The notes: generated from the letters alone by a model not told the origin. 64,000 bases of DNA from an uncultured delta proteobacterium (GCA_963737265.1 CAVTRY010000022.1:192001-256000), one strand, 5' to 3'. Positions 53,651-63,485 are shown, counted from the first letter of the stretch. Made by a program: numbers and translations.

Positions 53651-53983
53651 ATGGCAAGCCCCAATACCTTCGAGGTCACGGACGCCAACTTTCAATCCGA
53701 GGTCGCGACATCCACGCTTCCCGTCCTGGTGGATTTCTGGGCCACGTGGTGCGGTCCGTGCCGCACGATTGCGCCGCACGTCGATGCGCTGGCCCAGGAA
53801 TACGCGGGAAAAATCCGGGTGGGCAAGTGCGACATCGACGGCAACCCAGGCGTTCCCACGCAGTTTGAAGTCCGCAGCATTCCGACCTTGCTCTTGTTCA
53901 AGAACGGCCAGGTTTTGGGTCAGCTCGTCGGGGCCGTTCCCCGCACGCGCATCGAGGACATGATTAAGAAGGCGCTTACGTAG
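53651..53983 (+). CDS. trxA: Thioredoxin
   Basis: VDFWATWCGPC; SIPTLLLFKNG. Confidence 0.96.
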   Translation: MASPNTFEVTDANFQSEVATSTLPVLVDFWATWCGPCRTIAPHVDALAQEYAGKIRVGKCDIDGNPGVPTQFEVRSIPTLLLFKNGQVLGQLVGAVPRTRIEDMIKKALT

Positions 53984-54737
53984 CCGAAGCCTGCAAGGTA
54001 TTGGCGACGTACACGATCACGCACGTGATGTTGTCGTCGCCGCCGCGCTCGTTCGCGATTTCGACCAAGGCTTGCCCAGCTTCGCCGTAAAATTGCGCCG
54101 CCAGGATGCGGCCGATTTCTTCGACGGGAAAGTAGTTGGAAAGTCCGTCGGAGCAGATGAGGTAGCAGTCCCCGGCCTCGACCGGCATGGTGAAGAGATC
54201 GGGTACCATGGTCGGCTCGAAGCCGACCGAGCGGGTAATGATGTTGCGAAAGCGGGAGACCATGGCGTCGCCCGGCGAAAGTAGCCCCGCGCGCAGTTGT
54301 TCCTGAATCCAGGAATGATCCTCGGTGAGCTGGCGAGCCCGGCCGTCGCGCAAAAGATACGCGCGTGAATCGCCGACGTGGCACAGGGTGAGGCTTTGGC
54401 CGTGAAAACACAGGCCGGTCAGGGTCGTACCCATGCCGGCGTGATCCGGGCTCGTCAGGGCGCTTTCATAGATGGCCTGCGAGGCCAGCGAGGTTGCCTC
54501 GCCAAGGGCCTGCACCACGCTGCCTGGGTCGGCCGCGCCCACGGCGGGCGCGAGACGCGCCGCCATTTCTTTTTCAAAGACTTCGACAGCCATGCGGCTT
54601 GCCCGCTCGCCGCCCAGGTGGCCACCCATGCCGTCGGCCACGGCGTACAGCCCCAGTTGGTCGTTGCACAAGAAGTTGTCTTCGTTGTGATCGCGCTTGA
54701 GACCGATGTCGGTCGCGTACCAGCCGCGAGGCTTCAT
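53976..54737 (-). CDS. Stp1/PP2C Ser/Thr phosphatase
   Basis: RDHNED, ADGMGGH.GG, MGTTLT, HVGDSRAY, CSDGL, GGDDNIT. Confidence 0.93.
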   Translation of the reverse strand: MKPRGWYATDIGLKRDHNEDNFLCNDQLGLYAVADGMGGHLGGERASRMAVEVFEKEMAARLAPAVGAADPGSVVQALGEATSLASQAIYESALTSPDHAGMGTTLTGLCFHGQSLTLCHVGDSRAYLLRDGRARQLTEDHSWIQEQLRAGLLSPGDAMVSRFRNIITRSVGFEPTMVPDLFTMPVEAGDCYLICSDGLSNYFPVEEIGRILAAQFYGEAGQALVEIANERGGDDNITCVIVYVANTLQASAT

Positions 54738-54824
54738 GGCGTACACGCTAGCGCGACTCGCGATCCCACGCCAGCGCGACTCTCCTCGACCCCCAATTGT
54801 TTGGCAGACGTCGTCTTCTGACGA

Positions 54825-55601
54825 CTACCTGGAGGAAGACGGTAGCTGAAACTTGAACCCGTAGGAGATGGCGTAGTCAACCGGCTTGCCATCCACGCCC
54901 CTGGCCGGCCTAAACTTGGTCTGCCAAGCTGCCTTCACCGCTGCCTCATCCATTCCGTACCCAACTTTCTGCAGCAGACGAACGGATTTGATGTTTCCGT
55001 TGTGGTCGATGCCGATTCGCACCAGAACCTTGCCCTCGATTCCCATGCGTCTTGCGATCTCTGGATAGGCGGGTTCGGGCTTGAAATACGCCTCCGGCAG
55101 CTCCGCGACAGACTCGTCGTCGACGGGCGCAAATTCGGGAGGCGGCGCCGCGAGCAGCGGTGCGGGCGGTGCCTTGGCAAGCGTGCGATCCTTGGTCATC
55201 AAGGTGTTGCCCACCGTCACCGCGATTGGGCTGTCACCCGCCACCACCGAATCCTGGGTTACGCCAAAGACCGCTTTGGAGGGTTCTTCCGTCGGAGGAG
55301 CTGGCTTCGCCTCTTGATTGGGCATGGGTGGAGGCGATGGAACTGGCGTCCGCACGACCAGCTTGCGCACGATCGGGCGCGGCGGATCCGGCCGCGCCGG
55401 TGCCTCGGGCAAAGTACGAGGCTCTGGTATCTTGGGCGCCACCAGGTCGACTTCGACGGAGACCACGCGCTCGGCGTGCAAGCCCTGCCGCGGAACAAGA
55501 GCCAGACTCAAACCGACAAGCGCGTGCACGGTGACAGCCACGACAGCGCCCCACAGAGGCGCATTCGCGCGCTTGCCAACCGATGCGACGCCGTTTGCCA
55601 C
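54825..55601 (-). CDS. tonB: Energy transducer TonB
   Basis: TM anchor with His, Pro-rich linker, YPEIARRMGIEGKV..FRPA. Confidence 0.9.
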   Translation of the reverse strand: MANGVASVGKRANAPLWGAVVAVTVHALVGLSLALVPRQGLHAERVVSVEVDLVAPKIPEPRTLPEAPARPDPPRPIVRKLVVRTPVPSPPPMPNQEAKPAPPTEEPSKAVFGVTQDSVVAGDSPIAVTVGNTLMTKDRTLAKAPPAPLLAAPPPEFAPVDDESVAELPEAYFKPEPAYPEIARRMGIEGKVLVRIGIDHNGNIKSVRLLQKVGYGMDEAAVKAAWQTKFRPARGVDGKPVDYAISYGFKFQLPSSSR

Positions 55602-55631
55602 CGGAACGCTCCCAGGCTCCCGACGAGACGA

Positions 55632-56111
55632 CTACCTCGCGGGAGCCGCGCCCGGCTCCGGTGGAACAGCCGGCGCTACGGGAACGACGGTGGCCGAGCT
55701 GTCGACGTTGATGGCGAACTTGCGCACGCCCGCCCGTTTCACGAGATCGATGATGTGAACCACGCTGCCGTGCGGAACCACCTTGTCGGCGGCGATGATG
55801 GCCTGCAGATCGGGATTCTTGGGTAGGTCGGCCGCGATCTGCCTCACCACCTGGGCTTCGTCGGAACGATCGCCGTTGAGGTAGATCTGGCCATCCTTGG
55901 TCAGGGTCAGGGCCAGCGTGGTGCGGAGCTGGTCGCTGCCCGTGGCAGCCTTGGGCAGGTCGACCTTGATCGACGGGTTCACGATGTAGCTCGTCGTGAC
56001 CATGAAGATGATGAGCAGGACGAGCGTAATGTCGACGAGCGGGGTCACGTTGATCTCGGTGATCATGCGCCCCGAATCGTCGTCCTCGAATTGGCTTGCC
56101 GCACCTGCCAT
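55632..56111 (-). CDS. exbD: Biopolymer transporter ExbD/TolR
   Basis: EINVTPLVDITLVLLIIFMVT; AADK.V.HG.V. Confidence 0.93.
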   Translation of the reverse strand: MAGAASQFEDDDSGRMITEINVTPLVDITLVLLIIFMVTTSYIVNPSIKVDLPKAATGSDQLRTTLALTLTKDGQIYLNGDRSDEAQVVRQIAADLPKNPDLQAIIAADKVVPHGSVVHIIDLVKRAGVRKFAINVDSSATVVPVAPAVPPEPGAAPAR

Positions 56112-56115
56112 GGAA

Positions 56116-56772
56116 CTAGACACCTTTGGGCTGGCTTGAAGCCTTGGACTCCGCGTCGCGCGCGCCTGTCAGAATCAGGTGTGCCATCACGTCCACGCGC
56201 CCCATGGTCCGTCTGACCCTCCCCTGGAAGATGTTGAATGCGATGACGGCGGGAAGCGCGACCAGGAGGCCAACTGCGGTCGCGACCAGCGCCTCGGCGA
56301 TGCCGGCCATGACCACGGCGGCACCACCGCCCTGATTCTTCGCCAGATCGGCGAAGGCCTTGATGATGCCGAGAACCGTGCCGAAGAGTCCGATGAACGG
56401 AGCGTTGTTGCCAAGCGTGCCCAGGATTCCCAGGTGTCTTTCCAGCGCTAGGCGCTCGCGCGACCGGGCGCTGGCCATGGCCTCGACGGCGGCGGTCTTG
56501 CCACGCGCTAGCTCGGCGAGACCGACCAGGGCCACGCGTACCTCGGGCGAGCGGGGCGCGCCGAGAAGATCCCGCGCCGCCTTCTCGTTTCCCGCAGCCA
56601 GGGCCTCACCGAGCTTGCCGCCGACCGTGTCGAACTCCGCCAGCCGGCCCGACATGGCAAGCGCCCGTTCGACCATGACCGAAACGGAAAGAATAGACAG
56701 CATGACCAGAAGCCACAGGACCCATTCCGATCCTAGTAACGTGAACGCTAGAATGTGCTCGGTGATGTGCAT
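56116..56772 (-). CDS. exbB: MotA/TolQ/ExbB proton channel
   Basis: LGTLGNNAPFIGLFGTVLGII; GIAEALVATAVGL. Confidence 0.93.
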   Translation of the reverse strand: MHITEHILAFTLLGSEWVLWLLVMLSILSVSVMVERALAMSGRLAEFDTVGGKLGEALAAGNEKAARDLLGAPRSPEVRVALVGLAELARGKTAAVEAMASARSRERLALERHLGILGTLGNNAPFIGLFGTVLGIIKAFADLAKNQGGGAAVVMAGIAEALVATAVGLLVALPAVIAFNIFQGRVRRTMGRVDVMAHLILTGARDAESKASSQPKGV

Positions 56773-56783
56773 GGTTTCCCCGG

Positions 56784-57818
56784 TCAGCGTGCCGGCTCCG
56801 CGTCGGAAACTAGCACAGGTTCGCCTTTTGTTCCCTGCTCGACGCCCAGCGCCTCGAGAACCACAGTGGCATAACTGCCGGCCGGCAGCGAAAAACGCAG
56901 GCGCAGATGTCGCAGTTCTTCGACCACGGCCGGCTCGTCGAGTGTGACCTTCACCACTACCGGCCGCCGCGTTCCTGGCAGCGAACGCCCGACTTGGCCG
57001 AGCTCTTCCGGGCCGATCTCGAGCTCTGCGAGCGCGCGATCCTCAAGCTCGCGCGGGGCGGTGCCAGACTCGGGCGTCATCACACGGCTTCCCGGCAAGG
57101 GTGCCGTGGGCACGACCTCTCCCGCGTCGACGCGAGCCTGATCCGTCCCGGGATCAGTGCAGACGAATTGGCCCCCCGAAGCGACCTTTTGCAAAATATC
57201 GCCGCTACGCACGGCCAGCAGACCACCCTCCTGCGCGCGCAGCTCAAGCACGCGATTGAAGACCGCCGACTGCACCGCCGACAGCAGAAGCTTGCGCCGG
57301 CGACCGTCGGGCTCGCGCCGCGTGCCGCGCAAGAGGGCCAGTCCAGTCTCGACGTTGTCGCCGGCGCTGCCAAAACGCTGGTGCCCGTAGCGATTGGGCA
57401 CACCCTTGGCGGAAAGCTGGCGAAGCGCAGCGTCGATCAACGAGGCCTCGCCGTCCGCCACTTCCGACAGTAGGACCTCGAAGCGGTTGCCGTGCAAATG
57501 GCCGATGCGGAGCTTGTTCTTGTGCCGGGTCGCCCGAAGAACGGTCACGCCAGCCACCGAGGTTGCCTCGGCCAACGCTGGATCGAGCCCAGGAAAGCTC
57601 AGCCACTGTCGCGTGGTTGCGCGGCGATCTTTCATGCCGGCGTAGCCCACGTCGCGAGCATCGACCCCTAACACGCGCCCCAGGCTGCGGACCGCATCGA
57701 GCGTGGTGAGGTTCCTTTTTTCGATCCACAGATAGGTGTGCGCGCCGTCGCCCGCCGGTTGGTAGGCTGGGATTTCCTCGACGAGGAAGGTTTCTGGACT
57801 GGAGACGAATCTTGGCAT
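56784..57818 (-). CDS. truD: tRNA pseudouridine(13) synthase
   Basis: F.VEE, YAGMKDRRATTRQW, GNRF, PNRYG.QRFG, FSLPAGSYAT. Confidence 0.95.
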   Translation of the reverse strand: MPRFVSSPETFLVEEIPAYQPAGDGAHTYLWIEKRNLTTLDAVRSLGRVLGVDARDVGYAGMKDRRATTRQWLSFPGLDPALAEATSVAGVTVLRATRHKNKLRIGHLHGNRFEVLLSEVADGEASLIDAALRQLSAKGVPNRYGHQRFGSAGDNVETGLALLRGTRREPDGRRRKLLLSAVQSAVFNRVLELRAQEGGLLAVRSGDILQKVASGGQFVCTDPGTDQARVDAGEVVPTAPLPGSRVMTPESGTAPRELEDRALAELEIGPEELGQVGRSLPGTRRPVVVKVTLDEPAVVEELRHLRLRFSLPAGSYATVVLEALGVEQGTKGEPVLVSDAEPAR

Positions 57819-57983
57819 GGCGACCGGTCAGTTTCGCACGCCAGGCCGTCGCGAGGCGAGGGGGGAAAGAAAACCGGGTGCGTTGCACGTGCCCGGGTTT
57901 TCCCTCCATCTTTCGGCGGACACACCCATACCAGGCGCGTCTCGCGACCCGCTCTTGGCCGTAATCCCACGATAGGCGCAGAA

Positions 57984-58031
57984 GGTCGTGGTCGTGGTCG
58001 TGGTCGTGGTCTTGGCCGTGGCCGTGGCCGA
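57984..58031. repeat. Hexamer tandem repeat (GGTCGT/GGCCGT) x8
   Basis: ggtcgt x4, ggtctt, ggccgt x2, ggccga. Confidence 0.85.
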
Positions 58032-58051
58032 AGTTATCTTCGTCGGGTGTG

Positions 58052-58096
58052 GTGCCATGACATCGTTGACAAAAGAGTGCCAAGACATCGCTGACA
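58052..58096. repeat. 20-bp direct repeat, period 25
   Basis: GTGCCATGACATCGTTGACA / GTGCCAAGACATCGCTGACA (18/20). Confidence 0.75.
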
Positions 58097-58166
58097 CTTT
58101 TCAGCCGCGGCGCCTCCAGACAGAGACACGAGGGTCATAGAGACCGAGGCCTCTGTGTTTTTCTTC

Positions 58167-59006
58167 CTACCCGTTCGCCGGCTTGTCCACGGGATCGTCA
58201 CCGAAGCGGCGCTTGATGAAATCCAGGAACAGCTCGGCGCGCTTGATTTCGAGGCTGCTGCCGACTTCGCTCACCACGCGCAAGAAGGCCTGCTTCGCAC
58301 GCGCCGGGTTGCCCATTTCAAGATGCGTTTCTCCCAGCGTCAGCAGAAGCTCGCCTTCGCGTCCGGAGTCGGGATAGTGGTGCAAAGCGCCCTCGATGCG
58401 CAGGATGGCTGCCTTGGGGTGACCGCGCTCGAGGTAGAAGCGGGCGACGTAGACTTCGTGTTGGATGAGGCGGCTCAGCACCTCGTGGCGATAGTCCCTG
58501 GCCTGCTTCAGGTACGGCGAATTCGGGTACTTTTCGCGGAAGCTGTCGATCTCGCGAAGAGCGTCGCGCACGTACGATTGGTCCTTCTCATAGGCCGGCG
58601 GAAGAATCGCCCAATCGTCGGGCATTTCCTTGACGTAGCACTCGGCGATGCGAAACGAGACGTAGCCGTCCTCGGCCTTTTCGTGGGTCGGGTGCAGGCG
58701 CAGGAAGCTCTTGTAAGAATCGATGGCCTCCTGGTAGTTGCCGCGCGCGAATTCGGTATCGGCCAAGGCCAGCTCGGCCAGGCCCGCGTATTTCGAGAAC
58801 GGAAACTTCTGCTTTACGTAGGTGAAGTAGTGCGCGGCCTCGATGTAGTTCTCTTTCTTGAGCTCGGCCAGACCGCGCTCGTAGTTTTGTTTGGCGGTCA
58901 GCGAGTAGGTGACCTGTTTGCTGTCCTCGCTGGAAGCGCACGACGATGCGCCGGCGACAAGGGCGAGAATGGTGACGAACACAATCTTGTGGGCTGTTCC
59001 AAACAC
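58167..59006 (-). CDS. bamD: Outer membrane protein assembly factor BamD
   Basis: Lipobox; FPFSKYA, FLRLHPTH, DQS, YPNSPY, HEVYVARFY, R.EG...YP. Confidence 0.92.
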   Translation of the reverse strand: MFGTAHKIVFVTILALVAGASSCASSEDSKQVTYSLTAKQNYERGLAELKKENYIEAAHYFTYVKQKFPFSKYAGLAELALADTEFARGNYQEAIDSYKSFLRLHPTHEKAEDGYVSFRIAECYVKEMPDDWAILPPAYEKDQSYVRDALREIDSFREKYPNSPYLKQARDYRHEVLSRLIQHEVYVARFYLERGHPKAAILRIEGALHHYPDSGREGELLLTLGETHLEMGNPARAKQAFLRVVSEVGSSLEIKRAELFLDFIKRRFGDDPVDKPANG

Positions 59007-59030
59007 GAGGCGTAGTATCCTACGGTTGCG

Positions 59031-59774
59031 ATGGCAACACGTCCATGGTCTCTCCCACTAATGCTCGCACTTCTTGTGCCGGCATGCGCAACCGAGAACG
59101 GCGGCGCAGCTAGGGCGTCGGCTGTGAGTCAGGCGCCCGTGGCGGTGCAGCCGGCCGATCAACAGCGGGGATCGCCGCCGGTTTTGGCTGGCCAGCGATG
59201 CCACGGTGATACCTGCACCTGTCGCACGCGCGGTGATGCCGCCGAGGCCCCGCCGCCACCGCCGGGACGGAAGCGCATCGAAATCCGTATCGCGTCGGTC
59301 GGCGGCACGGTCACGCTCGACTCGCCCACTCTCGGCCACTTCGAGCACGACAGCGCCGAAGAGGCCTGTTTCTACGTGGATCTGCCGGTTAGCAAGATCT
59401 ACGATTTTCACCTGGTGAGCCGGGAGTCCACTACCGCGGGGGGTGTCGCGCCCGAGGTTCATATCAGCGAATATGGCCCCGCCGGCTCGTTCTGGTACGA
59501 TATCGTCGATGTCGCTTGCGGCTTGGGCGAACGGCGTTGCGACCCGGAGCTGGCCCGCGCATGGGGCGACGGCTGGCTGGCCAAGCGCAAGCGCGGGCGG
59601 CTCGACGCCTGTGGCTCCATCGTGGTGACCGGTCTCAAATGGAGCACCTCGGGAGGCCAAGCCGCGATGAACGGCGGTCGGCTGAGGGACTTTTTCAGCG
59701 ACTTTTCGCTCGAAGTGAAAAAATTCGCCACCGAATTTCCACCCGGCGCGCCCCAATGCCAGATTGGGCACTAA
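59031..59774 (+). CDS. Hypothetical Cys-rich lipoprotein
   Basis: Lipobox VPAC; paired Cys; divergent from bamD. Confidence 0.65.
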   Translation: MATRPWSLPLMLALLVPACATENGGAARASAVSQAPVAVQPADQQRGSPPVLAGQRCHGDTCTCRTRGDAAEAPPPPPGRKRIEIRIASVGGTVTLDSPTLGHFEHDSAEEACFYVDLPVSKIYDFHLVSRESTTAGGVAPEVHISEYGPAGSFWYDIVDVACGLGERRCDPELARAWGDGWLAKRKRGRLDACGSIVVTGLKWSTSGGQAAMNGGRLRDFFSDFSLEVKKFATEFPPGAPQCQIGH

Positions 59775-59781
59775 GCGACCG

Positions 59782-61611
59782 ATGAAGTTGCATCTGATAG
59801 GTATCGCCGGGACCGGGATGGGATCCCTGGCGGGTCTTTTGCGGGCGGCTGGCCACGACGTGCGCGGATCGGACGAACATGTTTATCCGCCCATGTCCAC
59901 GCAGCTTGCCGAGCAGGGCATCGCGGTCATGGCGGGATTTTCGGCCGAGAATCTCGCCTGGCTTCCGGATCGCGTGGTGGTCGGCAACGTGTGCCGCCGC
60001 GACCACGTCGAAGTTCTGGCGGCCGAGGCGCTCGGAATTCCCCTGGTGTCCTTTCCTGCCTTGCTGTCCGAGCTTTTCTTGGCCACGCGCAATTCCATCG
60101 TCGTCACGGGAACCCACGGCAAGACGACGACGTCGTCGCTGATGTCCTTCATCCTGACCGAAGCCGGTCGCGATCCGTCTTTCCTGGTAGGTGGCGTGCC
60201 AGTGAACTTTCGCCGTTCGTGGCGCCTCGGCCAGGGCCAGGATTTCGTGGTCGAGGGTGACGAATACGACACTGCCTTTTTCGACAAGAAGTCCAAATTT
60301 CTGCACTACCGCCCCAAGCTCGCCATCTTGACCTCGGTGGAATTCGATCACGCCGACATCTTTGCCGACGAGGCCGCGGTGAAGCGCGCCTTTTGCGAAT
60401 TCGTCGAGCTCATCCCGCCCGGGGGCGACCTGGTGGTTTGCGCGGCATCGCCAGGCGCCATGGAGGTGGCAAAATCGGCGCGCTGTAAGGTCACGACCTA
60501 CGGACGTCCGGGCGCGGATGCCGAGTGGACCTTCGAGGTGAGCGGTCGAAAACTGGGCGGACGCTCCATTTTGCGGATCGCGCGCGAGGGCCAGGTGATG
60601 GTTACGCTCGACTCGGGCATGGCCGGGATATTCAACATGGAAAATCTCACCGCGGCCATCGCAGCGGCGCATTGCCTGGGCATCGACATGGCCAGGATAG
60701 GGCGCGCTTCCCGGCATTTTTTAGGCGTCAAGCGGCGGCAAGAGGTTTCCGGCATCGCCTATGGTGTCACCGTAGTCGACGATTTCGCCCACCACCCGAC
60801 CGCTATTCGCGAAACCCTCGGCGCACTCAAAGGCCGTCACGGCCCGGGTAAGCTCATCGCGGCCTTCGAACCGCGCTCAGCCACCAGCCGTCGCGCAGTG
60901 TTTCAGCACGATTTCGTCGCCGCCCTGGCGATTGCCGACGAAGTGGTGCTGGCGCCGCTCTACTCGCCCGAGAAAGTTCCAGCCGGCGAACGCCTGGACG
61001 TGGAGAAGCTGGCGGCCGATCTGCGCGGTCAAGAAATTCCCGCACGCGTGATTACCGGCGCTGACGCCACGGCGGAACATCTCGTCAAGCGGGCCGCGCC
61101 CGGAGATACCGTCGTCATTATGAGCTCAGGTGACTACGGCGGGCTGCACGATCGGTTGCTCGCGCGCCTCGGCGACCCAGTCAGACCGGCGCGGCCGAGC
61201 GACAAAATTCAGCTAGATCATCTGCTCGACCGCGCTGGCATCACGCACGCGTCGCTCGACGACGCGTGGACGGAGTTCCTCGTGATTCCGTCGCCGGAGA
61301 GCAGCGAAATAGCGGCCTGCGTTGCCGTCGAACATGTAGAGGACGACGCCCTCTTGCGCATGTTGGCCGTGACCCCCGAGCGACGAGGCGAGGGCCTCGG
61401 CTACTTGCTGGTCGAGGCCGCGATGAAGAAGGCGCGCATGGATGGCGCGCTTCACCTTTATCTTGTCACCGACGGAACACAGGGGTTTGTGGGAGACAAA
61501 CTAGGCTTTGATGTCATCGACCAGAGAATCGTGGCCCCGGCGATTGCGGCCACGGTGGAATACCAGATGGCCAGGTCGAAGACCGCGACCTGGATGCGCA
61601 AGGAGCTCTAG
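59782..61611 (+). CDS. mpl: Murein peptide ligase Mpl with a C-terminal GNAT domain
   Basis: HLIGIAGTGMGSLA, YPPMST, GTHGKTTTS, EGDEYDTAFFDK.SKF, DDFAHHPTAI, FEPRS; extra ~140 aa with LAV..RRGEGLG. Confidence 0.9.
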   Translation: MKLHLIGIAGTGMGSLAGLLRAAGHDVRGSDEHVYPPMSTQLAEQGIAVMAGFSAENLAWLPDRVVVGNVCRRDHVEVLAAEALGIPLVSFPALLSELFLATRNSIVVTGTHGKTTTSSLMSFILTEAGRDPSFLVGGVPVNFRRSWRLGQGQDFVVEGDEYDTAFFDKKSKFLHYRPKLAILTSVEFDHADIFADEAAVKRAFCEFVELIPPGGDLVVCAASPGAMEVAKSARCKVTTYGRPGADAEWTFEVSGRKLGGRSILRIAREGQVMVTLDSGMAGIFNMENLTAAIAAAHCLGIDMARIGRASRHFLGVKRRQEVSGIAYGVTVVDDFAHHPTAIRETLGALKGRHGPGKLIAAFEPRSATSRRAVFQHDFVAALAIADEVVLAPLYSPEKVPAGERLDVEKLAADLRGQEIPARVITGADATAEHLVKRAAPGDTVVIMSSGDYGGLHDRLLARLGDPVRPARPSDKIQLDHLLDRAGITHASLDDAWTEFLVIPSPESSEIAACVAVEHVEDDALLRMLAVTPERRGEGLGYLLVEAAMKKARMDGALHLYLVTDGTQGFVGDKLGFDVIDQRIVAPAIAATVEYQMARSKTATWMRKEL

Positions 61612-61707
61612 GCAAAAGAGAGCGTAGAGAAGCAGCGGGTCGGGTGGGCTGCGAGGTCCGAACCGGCGTTCCTTTAGACTTCTGTGCTCTCCTCTGCCTC
61701 TGTGCCC

Positions 61708-62943
61708 TCAGCTTTTCACGATGATGCGGCGGACGTGCTTTTTCCCCGCGTGAAGGAGAGTGCCGTCGCCGGCGATCTCGTCGACCCGAATGATATCGTC
61801 AACGACAGCCACCTTGCGCGTGCCGAGTCGGACGCCTCCCTGCTCGACCAGTCTTCGCGCGGCGCTTTTCGAGGCGGCGAGTCCTGCCGCGACGAGGAGA
61901 TCCACGGCTTTGACCCCGGACGAAATCTCAGCCACCGAGATGACGTGAGTCGGCACGAGCTCGCCGCCACCACCGCCAAAGGCCGCGCGTGCCGCGTCCT
62001 GCGCCTTTTCGGCGGATTCCGCGCCGTGGGCGATCGCGGTCACTTCGAAGGCGAGGATCTGCTTGGCTGTCCGCAGCTCTGCGCCTTCGAGTGCGGCCAG
62101 GCGCGTGATTTCGTCGATGGGCAGAAAGGTCAACAGCTTGAGAAAGCGGCCCACGTCGCGGTCGTCGACGTTGACGAAATATTGGTAGAAATCGAAGGGA
62201 CTGGTTCGCTCCGCGGAAAGCCAGACCGCGCCAGCGGCGGTTTTTCCCATCTTGGAGCCAGTTGCCGTGGTGGTGAGCGGAAAGGTGAGGGCGTAGGTCT
62301 CGGCTTGATGCAGACGCCGCACGAGGTCGGTTCCGGCCAAGATATTGCCCCATTGGTCATCGCCGCCGACCTGCAAGACGCAGCCGAACTTGCGATAGAG
62401 AACGAGAAAATCGTAGGCCTGCAGGATCTGGTAGTTGAATTCTATAAACGAAAGGCCCTTTTCCATGCGCTGTCGGTAGGCCTCGGCCGCAAGCATGCGG
62501 TTGACGCTGAAATGCCGGCCGATGTCGCGCAGAAACTCCAAATAACGAAGCGGCGCAAGCCAGTCGGCGTTATCGACCACGACCGCTTGCTCGCCGGCCG
62601 CCACGAGGAAGCGGCGGACCTGGGGTTCGATCATGCGACGATTTTCTTGGATGGTCTCGACGGTCATCATCTGCCGTAGCTCGGTTCGACCGCTGGGGTC
62701 GCCAACCATGGCGGTTCCGCCTCCAAGCACGGCGATCGGACGATGCCCGGCCCTTGCGAAATGGGCCATCGCCATCAAAGGAATCATGCTTCCTACGTGC
62801 AGGCTCGGAGCGGTAGGGTCGAAACCGGCGTAAAAGGTGACCTGCCCTCGCGACAGCAGGGCCGCCAAGGCAGCCTCGTCGCTGATTTGTTGGATGAACC
62901 CACGCTCGCGAAGACCGTGAAGGATTTCGTTTGGCACCGACAT
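61708..62943 (-). CDS. tyrS: Tyrosine--tRNA ligase
   Basis: GFDPTAPSLHVG, QAYDF, GGDDQWGNI, KMGKT, C-terminal S4 domain. Confidence 0.98.
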   Translation of the reverse strand: MSVPNEILHGLRERGFIQQISDEAALAALLSRGQVTFYAGFDPTAPSLHVGSMIPLMAMAHFARAGHRPIAVLGGGTAMVGDPSGRTELRQMMTVETIQENRRMIEPQVRRFLVAAGEQAVVVDNADWLAPLRYLEFLRDIGRHFSVNRMLAAEAYRQRMEKGLSFIEFNYQILQAYDFLVLYRKFGCVLQVGGDDQWGNILAGTDLVRRLHQAETYALTFPLTTTATGSKMGKTAAGAVWLSAERTSPFDFYQYFVNVDDRDVGRFLKLLTFLPIDEITRLAALEGAELRTAKQILAFEVTAIAHGAESAEKAQDAARAAFGGGGGELVPTHVISVAEISSGVKAVDLLVAAGLAASKSAARRLVEQGGVRLGTRKVAVVDDIIRVDEIAGDGTLLHAGKKHVRRIIVKS

Positions 62944-63034
62944 GGGCGTGAGTATAGACGCAGGCGATGGATTTCTGCGCGTCACCGCAACGCCGGATGC
63001 TTTATGAAGTCCAATTTCGGGTACGCTCGCGCGC

Positions 63035-63481
63035 ATGACCACTAGGCAGGGCGCATCCGCAGGCTGCATTTGCAACCAGCGACCCGACTGGGCCCGCATC
63101 GAAGACGATGAGGTGATGCGCTGGCCGGCAATTGACATCGCGGAATGGGAAGAGCTCAGGGAGTGCCCGAATTGCGGCGCCAGCTGGCTGGCGGCTTGGC
63201 CTGAGGAGGGCGAGTCACAGCCAATCCTCTGTCGCCCTCAGCCCGTCACCGCGAGAAAGCTGCGCGACCTCGATCATCCTGCCACGATGCGGCCTTACTG
63301 TCTTGCGCGCCTGGCGGAGCATCTCGGCGAAATCAAAGAGCGCAAGGCGACCTGTTGCAAGGTCAAGTGCAACCGCAAACGCCTCGCAGGCTCAACCTAT
63401 TGTATCGAGCACCTGATTGCGGAGCGATTTGGGCGACAGCTGGCGCGGCTCGGTGGCCCAGACGATACGCTCAATCGCTGA
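63035..63481 (+). CDS. Hypothetical Cys-rich (metal-binding) protein
   Basis: CxC, CPNC, C..C..CIEH motifs; TACGCT -10 box 7 nt before the ATG. Confidence 0.6.
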   Translation: MTTRQGASAGCICNQRPDWARIEDDEVMRWPAIDIAEWEELRECPNCGASWLAAWPEEGESQPILCRPQPVTARKLRDLDHPATMRPYCLARLAEHLGEIKERKATCCKVKCNRKRLAGSTYCIEHLIAERFGRQLARLGGPDDTLNR

Positions 63482-63485
63482 ACGC

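Noticed and set aside
58052-58096. Direct repeat as a mini CRISPR array
   Set aside because: Only two 20-bp units with a 5-nt spacer, and no cas genes.
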